Assembly: GCA_046757665.1 (NCBI GenBank)
Contig: JBHHYO010000008.1
Coordinates: 1,716-65,715, forward strand
DNA from: Nitrospinales bacterium
GTDB taxonomy: Bacteria > Nitrospinota > Nitrospinia > Nitrospinales > JAJDAT01
Reading direction: 5' to 3'
Length of the DNA stretch: 64,000 nt
Under the pieces are notes generated by a model. It saw only the letters and a program-made list of their open reading frames with translations, had not been told where the DNA came from and searched no databases. A program made the translations under genes and the position numbers. Every line of letters starts with the position of its first letter. Positions within the stretch are counted from its first letter, which is position 1. Shown piece by piece: positions 63,659 to 64,000 of the stretch.

Positions 63659-64000
63659 TCAAGCCCGGAATTTCAAGGAAGTCAGGCTGGTCAGGTTTCT
63701 GGAATTGATGAGCAGTTTTTCCCCGACCTCGGTGATGTCGTTGATAACCAGTTTTAGAATTTTCAGGTTGTTGAGGTTGGTGGAGTTGGCCAGGTACTCC
63801 GCGCCCTTGTCGGTGATTTTATTGGATTGCAGGTTCAGGGTTCTCAGTTTTGGGAAGCAGGTGGATTCGGCGATGGCTTTGGCGCCCTCGTCGCCGATGT
63901 CGTTTTGCGACAGCTCGAGCGCCCGCAGGTCGCCGAGCAGATCGCATTGCGCCAGTTTTTGGGCGCCCACTTCCCGGATGTAGTGCGCTTTCAGGTTGAG
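63659..64000 (-). CDS. ribonuclease-inhibitor-type leucine-rich repeat protein (3' part; continues beyond the window)
   Basis: 28-aa units LELSQNDIGDEGAKAIAESTCFPKLRT, LNLQSNKITDKGAEYLANSTNLNNLKI. The frame stays open to base 64000 (..LNLKAHYIREVGAQKL). Confidence 0.7.
   Translation of the reverse strand, partial: LNLKAHYIREVGAQKLAQCDLLGDLRALELSQNDIGDEGAKAIAESTCFPKLRTLNLQSNKITDKGAEYLANSTNLNNLKILKLVINDITEVGEKLLINSRNLTSLTSLKFRA

Noticed and set aside
1-64000. rRNA, tRNA or tmRNA genes
   Set aside because: The intergenic spacers are short. None showed cloverleaf-compatible arms or a GTTCRANYC-type T-loop context when read by eye. A tRNAscan or Infernal run would be needed to exclude them formally.

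Overview
64-kb window from a high-GC bacterium, about 58-60% GC judged from lines I counted by hand, not a computed value. The cell envelope looks diderm: LapB, MlaC, HflKC, TatB and lipoproteins are present. I can support about 65 protein-coding genes. I saw no rRNA, tRNA, CRISPR array, transposase or integrase. The backbone is housekeeping: hflKC, trkAH, an oadA-oadB-oadG-like Na+-decarboxylase operon, ribF, tatB, a TrmH-type methyltransferase, dus, an RluA-type pseudouridine synthase, algH/yqgE, hisI-hisG, a PAS histidine kinase plus REC-degenerate-GGDEF pair, lapB, dksA, rsfS, nadD, mlaC and a GHMP kinase. The regions worth a second look are: (1) a low-GC 8.7-kb glycan island at about 14.3-23.0 kb. 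It carries a GT2, rfbF-rfbG-SDR-rfbH (CDP-dideoxyhexose genes with an E1-type dehydrase and no E3 reductase), a B12-type radical SAM enzyme and a GT-C-like membrane protein. (2) Two tandem type IV pilin paralogs with a sigma54-type promoter, embedded among five polytopic TMTC/YfhO/GT-C-like membrane proteins at 43.7-54.9 kb. This is a candidate pilin or envelope glycosylation locus. (3) A four-gene operon of three signal-peptide-less DUF1566 paralogs plus a degenerate glutaredoxin-like protein. (4) A B12-radical SAM / TPR / MidA-like methyltransferase operon. (5) Two ribonuclease-inhibitor-type LRR proteins. (6) A split ComDE-like sulfopyruvate/phosphonopyruvate decarboxylase. (7) Three distinct families of GC-rich palindromic intergenic repeats. 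(8) A roughly 340-bp AT-rich regulatory island. I cannot claim that any of these is a proven new system. The two glycosylation-related loci and the DUF1566 operon are the best candidates. All family assignments rest on motif recognition by eye, and no searches were run.
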